From NCBI RefSeq assembly GCF_009914755.1, contig NC_060933.1: a stretch of DNA of 64,000 nucleotides. One strand, given 5' to 3'. This document shows, piece after piece, positions 48,140 through 63,432 of this stretch. Positions within the stretch are counted from its first letter, which is position 1; each line of letters begins with the position of its first letter. This DNA comes from the human T2T-CHM13v2.0 reference genome, Homo sapiens. The position numbers were made by a program, and so were the translations under genes. The notes under the pieces were generated by a model. That model was not told where the DNA came from and did not search any database. It saw only the letters and a program-made list of their open reading frames with translations.

Positions 48140-50389
48140 CCTATATGTATTTCTTAAAGGATTTAATTGGGGCTATCCAAAGATAGTTGTGTCCCATGGT
48201 TCTGAGTAAAATTCTACTGAAGCATGTTTAGTAAAGGAAATGCTAACAAAGAATGTCACAACCAGTATACTCGTTTAGGAGTAGTCTATGAAAGTAGATT
48301 ATGATGCTAGATAAAATTGGGTGCAAATCCTAATTCTTTCGCTTAAAATTTTTCTTTAAACTGTTTATGTAACCTCTCTGAAGCTTCATTTCCTTGTTTT
48401 TAAAAATTGTGGTATTAATAGGTACATCTTTGGGTTGAAAGGATCAAAGAAAACAAAGGTATGAGAAAGCACCTGGTGCACAGTAAGCGCTCAATAAATG
48501 TAAAACAAACATGAGCAAACCCTGACCTATGGCAGGAAGTTTTCTATCACTGTTAAGGAAATTTTTGCAGAAGAACCATTACATTTAAAGGAATGTCAGA
48601 CAATGTCCGCTCCTCATGGAATGCAATGAGTTACAAACTGTACTTAAAAGAACATCTTCTATACTTAAAGTTTAGGCAATTGCTTTTATGTGAAACAAGC
48701 CCCAGGAGGGCTCTGTTTCTTAGAATCATCAGTTTCATTTTAGTCTGCACAAACATTTCATAGGAGAATTATCATTAGGGAATTGGAAAAAATATGTCCT
48801 TTTCATCATGTGATTTCTTTTTAAAAAAAGAGTTGCTTCCATCTTGTAAGGAATGTTAGTTTTATATCAGAACTCAAATTTTTACATGGGAACAAAGCCC
48901 TAATTTTATTACTACAAAATGAAAAGCAATAAGGAGAAATTCGCTTTCATTTACTATTTAGAGAGCATACCCCTTCCATAAAGGAAGGTGTACCCGCATA
49001 GCAATAAAGGCAGAGAGCAGCATTGGTAAACCTCCCTCAGTTCCGGTTCTCAGGACCACAGTGAGCAATGCACAATAGAAATGCCTTTCAAGTTGTTGCA
49101 GCTGCTCTGCTCTATGGAGCACCCACTGAGTTAAAGGACAGACACTCCACATACATGGGAAATCCTCAGGGTCCAAAGCCTAATTAATTTCCTGAAATCG
49201 ATGAAAAATGGTAGAATCATGTGTATAAAGTACACATCAATTTTGGAATTTAAAAACAGCTTAAAAGTAAATTGCACACACTTTATTTTGTTCTTTTCCT
49301 GTGTTCACACACTGCCTAACGATTCAACTTAAATGCAACCTAAACATTTTTGCCTCACAGTTTGGCTTCAGTTACTTCACAGTTTTGTGTAGTTTGGCAC
49401 ACTTGAAGTTGGGTTTCATTGTAATTTGTTGTTATGTAGGTTGCAATGTAGGCATACCATTTCTGCACATGTTCTCTTCATTTCTTTCTCTCTTCTAAAA
49501 GAGAGAACAATGTTTAATGAGAATAAAAAATAAATAGAAAAGGATCTTGCACAGTTTGGGGGCAACTTTTTTGATTTTCTGCTAAAACAGTTTTACAGAG
49601 ACTTGGCAGACTATACAAATATGAGATTAGATTTCATTTTCAAGTCTTTCTTTCTCCTTAATTGAAGCATCCAAATATAAAAATGTCTAGGCATGGACAT
49701 CATCTCTATAATGTCTGTCCAATTTAGAATATATATATATAATTTTTTTTCTGGGAGACGCTGGGGGAGATAATGCTCCTAGAATTTCCTTCCCTTTGGA
49801 AACCCTAGTGGAGGACCACATTTATCACTAGGAGTTAAGAAAGATCTAGTCAGAGATGCTGCTGCTGGTTGCTTCCTGTTTCATCCTGTAAAAGAACAGG
49901 GCTAATCCACCCCAACATGCTAGAAATATGTAAAAAGGCTCTGAGATATTTGCATTTCATCTCTAAATTCCATTCAGATAAACTTAATTTGCTTTCTCTA
50001 TCATTGCGTGATAATTTTCATGACTTTTTTTTTCCTTTGGGTTTTATAACTGTTCTCAGCCTAGTCCTTGACTGCTTGGACTTGCTAGTATGATTTAACA
50101 TCAGTAACCCTTTGGAATATAGCTTCCAGTACTTGTCCTTCATCTCTGTGTCCCCACTAGTACATCATATTTATCATAATGTGGCTTAGTGAATTAAAAT
50201 GAGTCTGATGGAGAGAAGAGAGTGTGAAGCATTCACTTACCTTAGAGGAATAAACCTCTCATATTGTCTCACAGTAGGAGAATCCATATGCCGTGGGTAA
50301 TTCTGAGACTTCAGCAATTTCTTGGTCCCCAGGACATCCACTGAAATATATTTATCAGCAATTTACTTTTAGTAAGAATTGGGATTTAA

Positions 50390-50893
50390 AAAAATTATTA
50401 TGAGTACATAATAGCTATATGTATTTATGGGATACATGTGATGTTTTGATACAGGCATACAATGTGTAATGATCAAATCAGAGTAATTAAGGCATTTATC
50501 ACCTCAAGCATTTATCATTTCTTTGTGTTAAGAACATCCCAATTCTACTCATTTAGTTATTTTAAAATATACAATAAATTATTGTTACCCGTAGTTATCC
50601 TATCATGTTACCAAATACTACATCTTATTTATTATATCTAACTGCATTTTTATACCCATTAACCATCCTCTCATTTTCTCCCCTTTCCCACTACCCTTTC
50701 TATCCTCTGTTAACCATCATTCTACTCTCTATTTCCATAAGTTCAATTTTTAAAAACTTTAGCTTCCACGAATAAGTGAGAATATGTGAAATTTGTCTTT
50801 CTTTGCTTGGCTTATTTCACTTAACATAATGTTCTGGTTCCATCCGTGCTGTTGCAAATGACAAGATTTCATTCTTTCTTATGGCAGAATAAT
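50390..50893 (-). mobile_element. L1MA 3' end
   Basis: 'tatttatgggatacatgtgatgttttgatacaggcatacaatgtgtaatgatcaaatc...ttcattctttcttatggc'. Confidence 0.85.
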
Positions 50894-53800
50894 AGAGAAT
50901 TGTAATGCTTTCTTGAGCTCCCTCCTTTGTACAAAACTGGCAACGAACATTCCAATAACTGTCATGAAAGCTGTGAATCTTTCCTTTGCTCTGGGATTTG
51001 TGCTGGTTCATGGGGAGTTGGTAGGTGGCGGAGATCCCTTGAGTTTTAGAATGCAGAATTAGAAATCTATTTCACTGGGTAATTCCAAAGCACTCAGAGT
51101 GATGTAGGAGTTCCATAATGCCTCCTAAAGTTATCAAGTTTCCTGATTTTCTCTGTAACATAAAATGTGGTCTTCTTTGAATATTCTTGGGATGTCCTGG
51201 CTACATTTTAGCATGAAAATTCATATCTTATCAATTCTAACTCATCTGTATTTTCATATTTTAACCTCTCTGAAATGGAAAGTGTCTGATTGGTACATTA
51301 CAGTTTGATTGCCAGTATTTTCTTGTTCTTAGTGGTACATCAAATCAATGTTCCAGTTTACAATCAAAGTCATCTTAGATTCAAAAAGTTACAATACACC
51401 TTTGTGAGAGTACCTTCAAAGAGCTCTTACTTTTCAAATCTGGAATTCAGTAGGAAGCACAGCCCTGGCTGTCTGTCTCTGTATTCCATTCTCCAAAGCA
51501 AAAAAAAAAAAAAAAAAAAGAAAAGAAAAAATAAAGGAAGAAAGTAAAATGATCTTAAAATAAATCAAGGAAAAGCACAAATACACAAATATTTCAAAAA
51601 CATAACATTTCAATTTATTTTCATTTACTACGAGCTGTTGGTCTGAGAGCTCTTTTTCTTTTAAGCTTACTTCAAGTGTCTGTAATAAATGAGGTCTCCA
51701 TTTGCAAATACTAAGCCATGGTAGTAAAAAAGCTGCTGAAGTATCATTAATCTTCGCTTCCAAGAAACAACACCTCCTGAATTGGATTCATGCATTTGAT
51801 GTGATCAATTGTTGCAATAGTGAAAGTGTCTGAAATTCTGAATCAGCTGTGCCATGACTTAGTTATACTAGAGTCATGATATCATTAAACAAGTCATTGT
51901 TCCAAAGATAGCTTATACATTAGATTATCTTCAAATATTCACAGAGATCCTAGCATAGCTCTCTATTGTTTGCTAGGGTCCCTCCATATTTAATATTTGT
52001 TAATATCTGGGTTTGGCTTTGAGTAAAGTTGGGAATTATTGGGCATAACCACCTTGAATCCTTCATGGCCACTGACCAAGCAGTAATGGAAAATGGGAAC
52101 CATGAAATAAAAATCTCATCAACACAGTGAAATCCGTTCTTCTCTCTATATATAAACCTCATGTGTTGGCTTTGGCAGCAGTTTGAACTTTGTCATTCCA
52201 ATAAAGTTCCTGAAATTCACTGGATATCACTTCTTTTACAGGAAAACATCTGCAAGGGTATTTATCTGGTTATAAACAAAAATATTTCTTATTTTTTCAA
52301 GTGATCTATCAGAAGTATTTATTTATATTTGCAATGTACATTATTGGCCCATCACAAAAATCTGTAAACACGTACACATGATTAAAACATCCTTTATATG
52401 TTTAAAAATATACCAACTAGAGAAGCATCCATAATGCTGTCTACCTCAGACCATTTTCATTATACTGTTGAATCTTACTTAGTTGAAGAGAGAACAGCTT
52501 TTAAACTGTCTTTGGGGAAATTTAGTTAAAACTTTCCACTCAAACTTCATTCAGCAGACTTTGCGGTTTAAATCTTTGAACACACACACAATGCACACAT
52601 ACACACTTACATATATATATATTTAAGATGAAATATATATTTACATATATGTTTAAGATGAAACTTTTTCACATTTCTAACATTACAATTAGATGCATCT
52701 TACAATCAATGGTAAGACGTAGTTGAATTGGCAGTGTTTTTTTTTTTAATTTGAGAAAATAATGTGGAGTCTTAAAACTAATGCTATCTCACGTGAAATA
52801 CAGGAGGTGATGATAACTACCATTTATTGCTTATGCGGTCTCAGGCACTGTTGCAAGCACCTTGCATACCTTATTTAATATTTACAACTACCCTACAAAG
52901 TAAGTATTATTAGATAATTTTTACAGATGAGGAAAGTAAAGCCTGGATAATTTGAGTATACTTGCCCATGCCACTAATTTTAAATGTTAGGTTTTGAATG
53001 CAGGTACGCGTGGTACCAAAGCTTGATCTGTTAAGAGTTGCTTAACAATACAGAGAATCAATGTAAAAAACACCAACTTACGTTCATTTTTGCCTAAAAG
53101 CCTGCATTTGGAAAGTATTGTAATTTCTGTATGGTACTCTTGCCATGACAGTAGAGTTAGATTAATGAGATCATCATTAGATGATGAAACTCATCTAAAT
53201 TTCTGTAAAGCATCAGCATGTTCAGACAAAATAACTTGTCTTTCTTCAGTTCACATTTGCTGTGGATTTTCTTTAGACCACGCACAGAGATGAGCAAATA
53301 TTCGAGGAAGGCAATGAGGAAAAGGGATCCAATTTAAGGGAAACCAAGAAACAGGCCCTGGGTCAAGAGTAAGGATGAACAGATTTGGATTCTATCGCAG
53401 GGACCTGTTGTCACTCTCTTGTTGTAAGATGCGAGCAACACATTTTCCCTTCCTGTGACTAGGTTTCTGCATAATACTCTCTAGAGTACCTCTCACGATT
53501 GTGAGAAAAAGTGAAATTAAGTAAGATAAAGAAGCTTGCAAACCACAAACAACACTAAATATATTTGGTATTATTCATTTCTAGTGGATTTGTTGTAGGT
53601 GTAACCATTGACCAAAAATCCTTTCATGCAGACCTTGAGCCTCACAAGAGAAGATGTATCTGGGGAAAGCAGAATTATGTTCTGGAAGCCTCAAATAAAA
53701 CATTTTTTCTCCTCTGTATTTCCTTTTCGGCAGCATCAATTGAATTAATATGACTTCTACATATAGGCACAAATGTTCAGTTCTCTGTGAATAATACATA

Positions 53801-55659
53801 ACTTGATCCCCAGCTTCACCACTTAATTGTGCCACCTTGAGCCTGCTACATAACCTCTCTAAGCCTTAATGTTATGATTTGAAAATGGGAATAGCGCTTT
53901 CCATGTAAGGTTCTTTTGAGAACTGAATGGCATAAAGTGCTTAGGATAGGGCCTAGAACACAATCAAGGTTTAATGAATGTTGGCTATTTATTATTTCCT
54001 AATCAGCTGCAACCATCCATCACTTTTTAAGTCCCACTACTGAGTCCATATGTGAACACAGCAATTTTGTTATGAAAGATGTGAAAATACTATTCTAGAC
54101 ACCATGGATGCTATAGAAAATAATTAAATACTGTCTTGAATAAATTACATGTGGTTAATTTCTGCCAACTTAATTATTTTGCCCATTTAATTCATCCAAT
54201 TTGACATATTATAGAAAGCAATGAGCTAGCGTTTTTATTTTTTATAATGTATAGGCTGTCATTACATTTTAATCTATAAGAATAAACTTGGTCTAAGTAA
54301 TTGTTTTGGACTAACCCCAAACATCATTCCTTTTTCTAGATGAGTCCTCAAGTTGACACCAGCAATTTGTCCTTGCAACACTGGTTGGATGCTCAAATAT
54401 CATTTCTTCTATTTCTGACATGAAGGCAGCTGTTTCTGAGCCATTTGGAAAACTCCATTTTATTTACATGCCATGTAGTGTATTCCCAAGTCTGCTATTT
54501 TGCTGCCCATCCCAAAATCCCTTCCAGATGTTTTCTAAAAATTTATCTCAAATACTGTAACTTGGCTTCTTCTTCTCCTACTTACATTCTGTACTGTACC
54601 ATCTTCATCTTTAGGAGGCAGTTGAGATCAAAGATTCTGGATCCAGACCCCCTGAATTCAACTCCTAATAGGCTTTATGACCTTAGGCAAGGTACTTCTT
54701 GTTAGTACTTCGATTTCTTCATCTGTAAATCAGGGTTCTTAAAGGTAGCAACTACTGTAGAGGGTAGCTGGAATGATTAAATGAGTTAACGTGGAAAATG
54801 TTTAGAATAGTGCTTGGCACATAGTCTACGTACATAAATGATTGCCATCCTGATGACTTTTTAAAAATAATCTCTGACTTTCAATTGTTGTGCTATTAAA
54901 TTTATTCATAATTTTACCATTCTAATAAATTAGATAATATGAAGTAAAACCAAACAGCAGAGGGAACAAGTATAGAACACAGATCCAGAGAAACAATGAA
55001 AAAAACTATGATGAGATTGGAAAATTATGGAAGGTTAGATAGGACAATAATTCCAATAGATAAAAATAAAAAGTCTCAGAAATCTGAGGAGAGGTAACTA
55101 GAAAGATGTAATAAGATGTGTTAAAATAAAGATAGCTAGAAAAATATCAGTGACCAGCATGGTGATGAAAATATTCCTTGAGTGATATAGGAGGAGGAAT
55201 TTCAAAGCACCAAGGACTAGCTGAATGCAGGGGGAGGTGGCAGCAGAAATATGGAACAAAAAAGAATGGGGAGTGGCAACTCTGTGAGGATATTGCAGAT
55301 GAGTATGGGCTGGAAAGAGGAGAAGAAGGGGCCATAAAGAGGGACAGATCCACCCTGGAAAAGTGAGAAAGAGCTAAAGCCAAATTTCTCAGCAGATTAT
55401 CAATAGAGAAGAAGAGCATGAGGCAAAGGACAGGCTGCTGGACAGGAGTCAAGACACCAAACATCTCTGTTCTACCTCTCCCAAGAACCACCACCATGAC
55501 CTTAGGCCAGTGTCTTAATATTAGTGAGCTAGACAATCTTTAAGGTCCTAAGGTCCTTTTCATCCCTAAATTCTGATAATAATATATGTGAGAGGAAGGT
55601 TGGGTAGGTAAAAATTATATATGCCAGATAATTTTTGGTCTTAGGAAAATAAAAATCAA

Positions 55660-56012
55660 GGACATTTCTACATGGCAATGCAAAGGAATGAATTCTTATC
55701 ACACACAGGGCCATGGATGAATCACACATGCTGAATGACAGAAGCCAGGCACAAGATCTTTGCACGATATGATTCTGTTCACATGAGGTTCAAAACCAGG
55801 CAAAACTGATCTTTGGTGTTACAAGTCAGAACTGTTACCTTCTGGAGATGGTATTGACTTGAGGGAACATTTTGATATGCTAAAGTGTTCTCTATCTTGA
55901 TTTACATGGGGATTACACAGGTGTGTCCATAGGTCAAAACAATGGAGCTTTACACTTTAGAACGGTTGTACACTTCATTGTTGTAAGTTGTATCTCAGCT
56001 CAAAAGAAAAAT
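55660..56012 (+). mobile_element. Old L1M (ME/MC-like) 3' end
   Basis: 'catggatgaatc...gaagccaggcaca...tatgattctgttcacatgaggttcaaaaccaggcaaaact'. Confidence 0.7.
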
Positions 56013-57325
56013 AAGTGAAGCTTCCAATTTTTTTAAGTGAAAAATATCTGCTCGAGATGAAGAGTAGGGTGAGAAATTGAAGGCCTTGGAGCAAGACAAT
56101 TTTTATGGGGGTGGTGCCTGGGTCAGTGAGATAGAAATGAATGAATTATCTCATAGGAGGTACATAGACAGTTTAACTACCTTATATGGCAAATACTATT
56201 ATTGAACTACCATCATTTGTATTTAATTTTACATGTATATTCCTTATGCACTCATGATATATAACAGTATATATATTAGATCAATTATTGTCAAAATACT
56301 CTGCTAAGTGTCTTAATGCTTCATGGAAGATGCTAAGAGTCCCCATGGGGTAGTGGGGTGACCTAGCTCCCTGATTTCCTCTGCCCCTGAATTGGACAGT
56401 GCAGCCCTACTTTAATCTGTTTTATAAACCATGGTTTGGTCGTAAGAGTTAATACATAAGCAGGAATTCACTGTTAAAAATGTTTGAAAATATGGTAGGA
56501 ATATATACATAGGATGCAGACTATCTATGATCCAGAACTTTATCAGAAAATTCAAAATATATTTAGGCTTCTCTTCATAATTTACTTCAAATGAAAGTTT
56601 TGATGCTTCCCTTTGGGCGTTTTAAACCTGAGGGGGTGTAATCTCTGTCCTCAAGTCATTTAAAAGCCATGACCAAAAGCCTCTCAAGCTGAGCCACAGT
56701 GTTTCTGATCTTCCAAAATTAAAGATTCAGGGTGGAAGAAGAGTTTCACTTTTTCTGTTTTGTCTATCAGTTCCAACTCCTTGTTCCCCTGGAAAGGAAA
56801 AACGTTGTATTTACTCTTCTTGCTGCCAAGAGAATATCTGCCTTTTTGTTGAGTTTTTAGAGCTGGGGTGCATGTAAAGAGAACTGGAGGGATGATGAGA
56901 TTTTATGAGTGTTTTATGGAGTGTGTGTCATACACTAGTTCCTTATTTATACAGTTGGGTTGGGGGGAGGAAGGAGGTGCCTATGATGATCACTGTTATT
57001 ATTATAATTCTAGCCATGTATCCCACCAACTGGAGTTTCCTGTTTTCACCACCTTTGACAACCACCTCTGCCTTCCCACCCAGCAGGTTCATTCTTCCGT
57101 CCATCTGTTCAATTGACATTTATGACACTCATCAGGCATTTGTTTTCATACCTCTCCAAATTTAAATATTGTTCATTCTTTTTGTGCTTACTCAGAATGC
57201 ACATCCATCATCATCACAGTAAATTCTAGACTTTATCCTCAGTAAGGTTTCCTTTTCCAGGCACCTAGTGGATATTTAAAAGCTCCTAATCATGAATGTT
57301 GGCAAAGTCTTTCATTGTAGTCTGT

Positions 57326-57350
57326 CTGTGTGTGTGTGTGTGTGTGTGTG
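57326..57350. repeat. (TG)n microsatellite
   Basis: Direct reading. Confidence 0.9.
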
Positions 57351-58234
57351 AGATAAAGAGAGACAGATATTTCAATGTACTATCTACCTTGATTAATAAA
57401 GCTGTCCACATCTTATATTTCTTCTTCCTTATATACCTTGATGTCTTTATGTACACAAACTTCTCCCAATAAATATATATATAAAATAGGTATTCTAAAA
57501 TAGTTTCAATACCTTATTTTCCATTAAAAAATTCCAATGTGGGCCATCTATGTTGATGTAGCCCCTCCTTGACAACCTTACTATTTTAACTATCTCTGTA
57601 TTTTATCTTTTGCTCATAGATTCGATACTGGCTAACCAAAATTAGGAAGAAAAATATCTACTTTGCACTTTTGTACCATGAATTATTTTTCACAAGATGA
57701 ACATGGTTTTAATCTGTGAGAGTATAATTTATGTTCTAACAAGCAAGGAGTTTTAGAGGATCAGATTAGTGAAGCATTGAGAAGCTGGAAGAGCACACCA
57801 CATTCCTGAACTTCCCACACAAATGTTTCCATGCACTTTAGTCTGTTCCAAAACCTCAGCTTTCCAATAACCTCACGAGAAGCCTCCTGCCATTATTCTT
57901 TCATGATAAGCTTTAGATATATTTATTTTTCTGTCTCACCTTCTGCATAAAATGGATTTAGAAGGACAGAAGGGGCTTCTAGAATTTATTATCTTTCAAA
58001 GAATTTATGTTTGTGGTTTTTAGCTGCAGAAACCTTTGTTTCAAAGAAAACATTACCCTAAGCCAAGCGTGGAAAAAAAATAAGTGTTCAGGTGCTCCGG
58101 GTGAATTAGGACAGGGGCCTGAAGCCCTGAGAGCGGGGCTCGTTCCCACCTGATGGCGGCCCTGGAGGGATTCTTCAGAGCAGTGTGAAGTCTACTGATT
58201 TGCAGGCATGGTTCTCAATTCTGGCTTCCCTTTA

Positions 58235-58579
<345 letters not shown>

Positions 58580-58691
58580 AGGTCCCACCTTGGAGACTGT
58601 GATCTAACTGGTAAGTGTGAAGGGCCCAGACAATTGCTTTTGTTCAGGATCTCAGATGTTCAGGGTGCAGCCATAGTTAATGGCTGCTTTA

Positions 58692-58884
58692 GAGCTGTGC
58701 TTCTCAAATTTGAGTATGCATCAGAATCACCTGGGAGCTTGTTAAAATACTGCTTGCTGGACCCGACTCCCTGAGTTTCTGATTCTGTATATCTGGAGTG
58801 TGGCCCAAGCATCTAAATTTCTAACAAGATCCCAGGTGATGCTGATGCTGCTGGTCCAGAGAATACATTTATAGTACCACTGCT
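58692..58884. mobile_element. MER5A
   Basis: 'cttctcaaatttgagtatgcatcagaatcacctgg...ccaggtgatgctgatgctgctggtcc'. Confidence 0.85.
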
Positions 58885-59309
58885 TTGGAGAAATGGTGAA
58901 ATTGGCCAGGATTATATATCGCACCTGCTACAATCTGAAAAGAAATCACCTTCCACTGAGTTTGCTCTTTTCTACCCTTTTTGACTGGCAAAATATAATT
59001 ATTATGTTTAGAAGTGCTATTACGGAAGTGATCAGTTATTTTGGGCAGGCATTTGGGATCTTAGGTTGTGGTTTCCTCTCTGTATTAACCCTCCATCCCA
59101 AAACCTGCCACAGTGTTTTCCTGGATGACCAATTACTCTGGAACCAATTTTTCAAATTATCAGAACATTGAGACAATACGTTGAACAGTCTTATTTTAAA
59201 ATGAAGAAATGAATAAACACAATAGAGTCTGCAATGTGTGACTTATGAGTCCATGGGCTATGATGGATAACCTAGAGCAGATGAAAACCTGCATTAGCCT
59301 TTGAGAAAA

Positions 59310-59603
59310 TTTTATTTTATTTTGAGATGGAATCTCACTCTGTCGCCCAGGCTGGAGTGCAGTGGCGCGATCTCAGCTCACTGCAACTCCACCTCCTGGG
59401 TTCAACCGATTGTCTTGCGTCAGCCTCCTGAGTAGCTGGGATTACAGCATGAGCTACCATGCCTGGCTAATTTTTGTATCTTTAGTAGAGATGGGGTTTC
59501 ACCATGTTGGCCAGGCTGGTCTCAAACTCTTGATCGCAAGTGATTCACCTGCCTCAGCTTCCCAAAGTGCTGGGATTACAGGCCTGAGCCACGGTACCCA
59601 GCT
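59310..59603 (-). mobile_element. AluS-like
   Basis: Alu dimer; TSD gcctttgag. Confidence 0.92.
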
Positions 59604-60088
59604 GCCTTTGAGGAAATTAATTAAAGTATCACTCAGCTCTCCTGCTGCCTTCACATCTCTTTCTTACACTTTTACTACCTCCCCGACAGAGATGTATGGA
59701 GAGGAACAGAAAATATTTACTTCATGACAATCACTGGGCCAACCAGATTTAGAAAAAAAGAGTTCACATTTATAAAAGGATAAACAAAGTTTTGGGACTC
59801 AAGTAGACTTCCTACCAGAATATCTATTTGGAGGCATGGTGTAGACTCAAGTCACTTAGAATCATATAGCATATGAGATCAAGCTGAACTGGGAGGCTGG
59901 AGGCTGGGGGGTGAGTGGGTCATAGAGTCTAGGTACTTATTTCTTGCGATAAACATAGGTGTAACAAGGCATGTGTCAGTGGAAGGGTCCACCCCATGCA
60001 CTCCTTCATTGCCTGCCTGCAGTGAGTGCACCAATAGAGGCAAGAGTTTGGAGAAGGGCTGATTGGCATGGGAAGGATTGTTGTTGAC

Positions 60089-60470
60089 TATTGTGGATTA
60101 AGCTGTGTCCCTTCAAAATTCATATGTTGACATCCTAAGCCCAGGTATCTCAGAATATGACCTTATTTGGAAATAGGGCTGTCGTAGATATAATTAGTTA
60201 AGATGAGATCATTATCGTGGACCCTAATCCAATTTGACTGGAGTCCTTATAGAAAGGGGATATTGGAACACTGAAAGCCATGCACACAGGAAGAATGCCA
60301 TGTGAAGATGAAGGCAGAGATTGGGCCGATGTTTCCACAAGCCAAGGAGCCAATCCTGCTGACACCTGCATCTCAAACTTCTAGTCTCCAGAACTGTGAG
60401 ACGATACATTTCTGTTCAGGCCACCCAGTTTGTAGTACTTTGCTATGGCAGCCCTGGCAAACTAAAATAC
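60089..60470 (+). mobile_element. MLT1B/C-like MaLR LTR
   Basis: 'tgtgtcccttcaaaattcatatgttga...gaccttatttggaaataggg' to 'gcagccctggcaaacta'. Confidence 0.85.
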
Positions 60471-63432
60471 TGACCGTGATTGGCATGTTAGACAACTGTG
60501 CTGTGGTGGAAACCCCATAGGACCGCTCCCTGGGAACTCAGGCATGTGTCTTGTGAGGGAGCCAACATTGGCTAAGGCACAGAAGACCAGGCATGACCAT
60601 CCAGATATGTGACAACCAATAGGTCAGGTCCATGGGAGCAGCCAGGAAAGAAACAAGCCAATAATAAATACTTGTCCCCTTCCTGCTCCCTGCTTCCCCA
60701 ATCAAGGCTGCTGGGTCTCCAAGAGGGAGCAGGAAATAGCTGTTGGAGTCAGAACACATCACCTGTTTCCCACTCTAGGTATTCAGAGTTCCAGTTCAAG
60801 GCTGTTGGGAGCAAGGATGATGGGGACACAAGGCATGAGATTTACATTACTTGAGATGAAAATTTTAAACAAGATTGAATTTTAATTGTTCAAAGAGACC
60901 AGAATATAATAGAATTTACTCAAGATGTTGCTAAGGGGTGGGAAAGGGAAACTTCAGAAAGCCTTGAAAAATTTTGGCCAAAGAAAAAATAAAGTGTTTC
61001 ATGATTATATTTATTCCCCTGAGAGTTATGCTTACTGGAACTGGGCAAAAACTAGTAAAAAAAAATATTATTATACAAAGCTAATATCTTGCACTTAAAA
61101 GTATCTTCTGGGCTAAGTGATTTGCATACATTATATTAATTAATCAATCCCTACAGAATCCCAGAGAGATATGGGATGAACTGTTATTATTACAGGTTAA
61201 GAAACTGAGTCCCATAGAGGGTAACTTGTGTTAAGGCCACTCAGCTAGCAAGGGTTAAGAGCGAAGATTTCAATCAACAAATGTCTAAGGAGACCCAGGA
61301 GGGCCTGAGCTCCCCATGGTGTTACACTGCCTCTAGATACTTTGTTTCCAAACCTCATTGCTTCTGCCTTCCAGCCACAAGTGGGCTTTTCTCCGGAACC
61401 TTCTGGGAAACGCTCACGCAGAGAAATAGTGCAGCAACTGCCTGTGACATGCAACTAAGAGATATGACTACTACAGACAAAAACACCCTCAAATATTGAG
61501 ATGAATTTCAGTCTCCCTCAGAATTTCTGAAAACAGGTGCTCAATTTACCATTTCACCTGGAAACAAAATCATAATCCCAGTTCTAAGGACTAGTCAACA
61601 ACCCACCCTGATTCCAATTAATATGGCCTTAGTCATGACTCAACACTTCATAAAACCAAGTTAGATTGATGTGAAAAATAAAATTGCCACACAAGTTAAG
61701 AAAAATAAGGCAGAATATAAAATTGTGCATACACCATTGTTCCAATTCAATTCCAGTAGAGATAAACAGATTAAAATATTAACCATGATTATTCCTTGCT
61801 GATAATGTAGTAACTTATATTTTCTATTTTATTCTTCTGAATGTTCCTTTTTTTTTTTCAATGAGCATGTATTTCTCTGCAGAAAACTCTATTGCTGCAA
61901 GGTGTTTGTAGCCACTACCAAATGCTTCAGCATAACAAAACATTTATCTTCCCAAATTTCAGGAAAACATTTCCTAGTCTCATCACTATTACTGTAACAC
62001 ATTCTGCCTTAAAAGTCATATTTCTGCCTTTCCCCATCATTTAAAAAATGTTGTATCTCCTTTGCCGCTGTTTTTATTAGTGTGGTCATATAGTATCCCA
62101 TGATTGAAAGTGGGGAAGGAGACATTGCGGCTTTCATTTCATTTTTGGTGAACCAGCAAAAACAAGATTGATGATTTTTCCGTGTGCGTAAGGTATTCTT
62201 TCATCTTGTAATTGGTTTTGAAATATTCTCAAGTTCCACTCCAAACTCCACCCTCTGTGCTGAGATTTATGAGAAAATGAATTATCTGAAAGCTCTAAAT
62301 AGAATAAAATTACCAAGCAAAAGGACTTTGCTGACCATCTAGTCCAACTTTTTTATTTTACAGATGAGAGAATAAATGCCAGAATGACTCCTCCACAGTC
62401 ATTCACCCAGCAAGCGTCAGAACCCAGACTAAAACTCCAGACCAATCATGTATATGAATGAGGCTTGTATAGATACTTTAGCAGATAACAGTCGTGGTAA
62501 TCAAATGACTTTGATTAGCTAATATCAAGGGTGTTTCTAAGGGAAAAATTAAGTCTTCTAGGAAAATGTCTTGAAAATCTGTTTGGGATTGAGGTTGAAG
62601 GCTTGAGTTGACAATGGTTGGAAGGAGAGAGAGCTACTCTGTTAGATGTAAGACAAGAATGAGGTGTAGTGTGGGAGCTGGAGACCGTTAGGCTAAAATG
62701 GCCAAGGAGATTTTAAGATCAGGGATGTTTAATATTTAATTTTATGCTATTCCAACAGTGGAACAACCACAAGCTATAGTGTGAAAAACCAAGGTTTACT
62801 ACACTCAAGAAATCACAGACAGGAAGTATTAACCACTGATTAATTATAGAAACATTAGGGAGGAAATTGAGTTTCCTGTGGAGTAAATAAAAGAGGTTTG
62901 ATACATTCATCTCTACATTTTTGGGTATGAGTTGTCCCCAGTTGACCTATGAGATCTAATAGTATTCTAGCTAACAGCTGTTGTACAGCCTTTCATGTGT
63001 CAGGTAATGGCATAACAACTTTTCACATATTTCTTATAATATTTAGAACATCTTTACAAACTAGTTATTATTATTACCCCTTATTTCTAGAGTACAACAC
63101 ACAGGCTTAGAGAAGTAAATAGTTAGATCCAAATGTTGCCTCCTCCACTTGCTACCTTGGTGATCTCAAGCAGATGATTTAGTCTCTGAGTATCTTCTGA
63201 AATGGGGATAATAATTATGTTCAGATTGAACATGTAGTACTATGTAAATTACCTAGCACAGTGTCTTCAATAGGGAAGGTACTCACTAAATGGATTGGTA
63301 AATGGAAATTAGGACAACATAAACATATATTTGAAAACATTTCTTAAAGGTTGAATGAGTCATAGTTAAGGGAAATATGACATAATATTCTCATTCTGTC
63401 TTCAAACATAAGTGATGAAGATGTATATTGAA

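Noticed and set aside
53165-53195. Small hairpin with ATGATGA (C-box-like)
   Set aside because: Short bulged stem and no suitably placed D box; not a credible snoRNA
53277-53368. Exon-like segment with an open frame
   Set aside because: Weak donor context, 3' end overlaps a MIR-like fragment, peptide unrecognised
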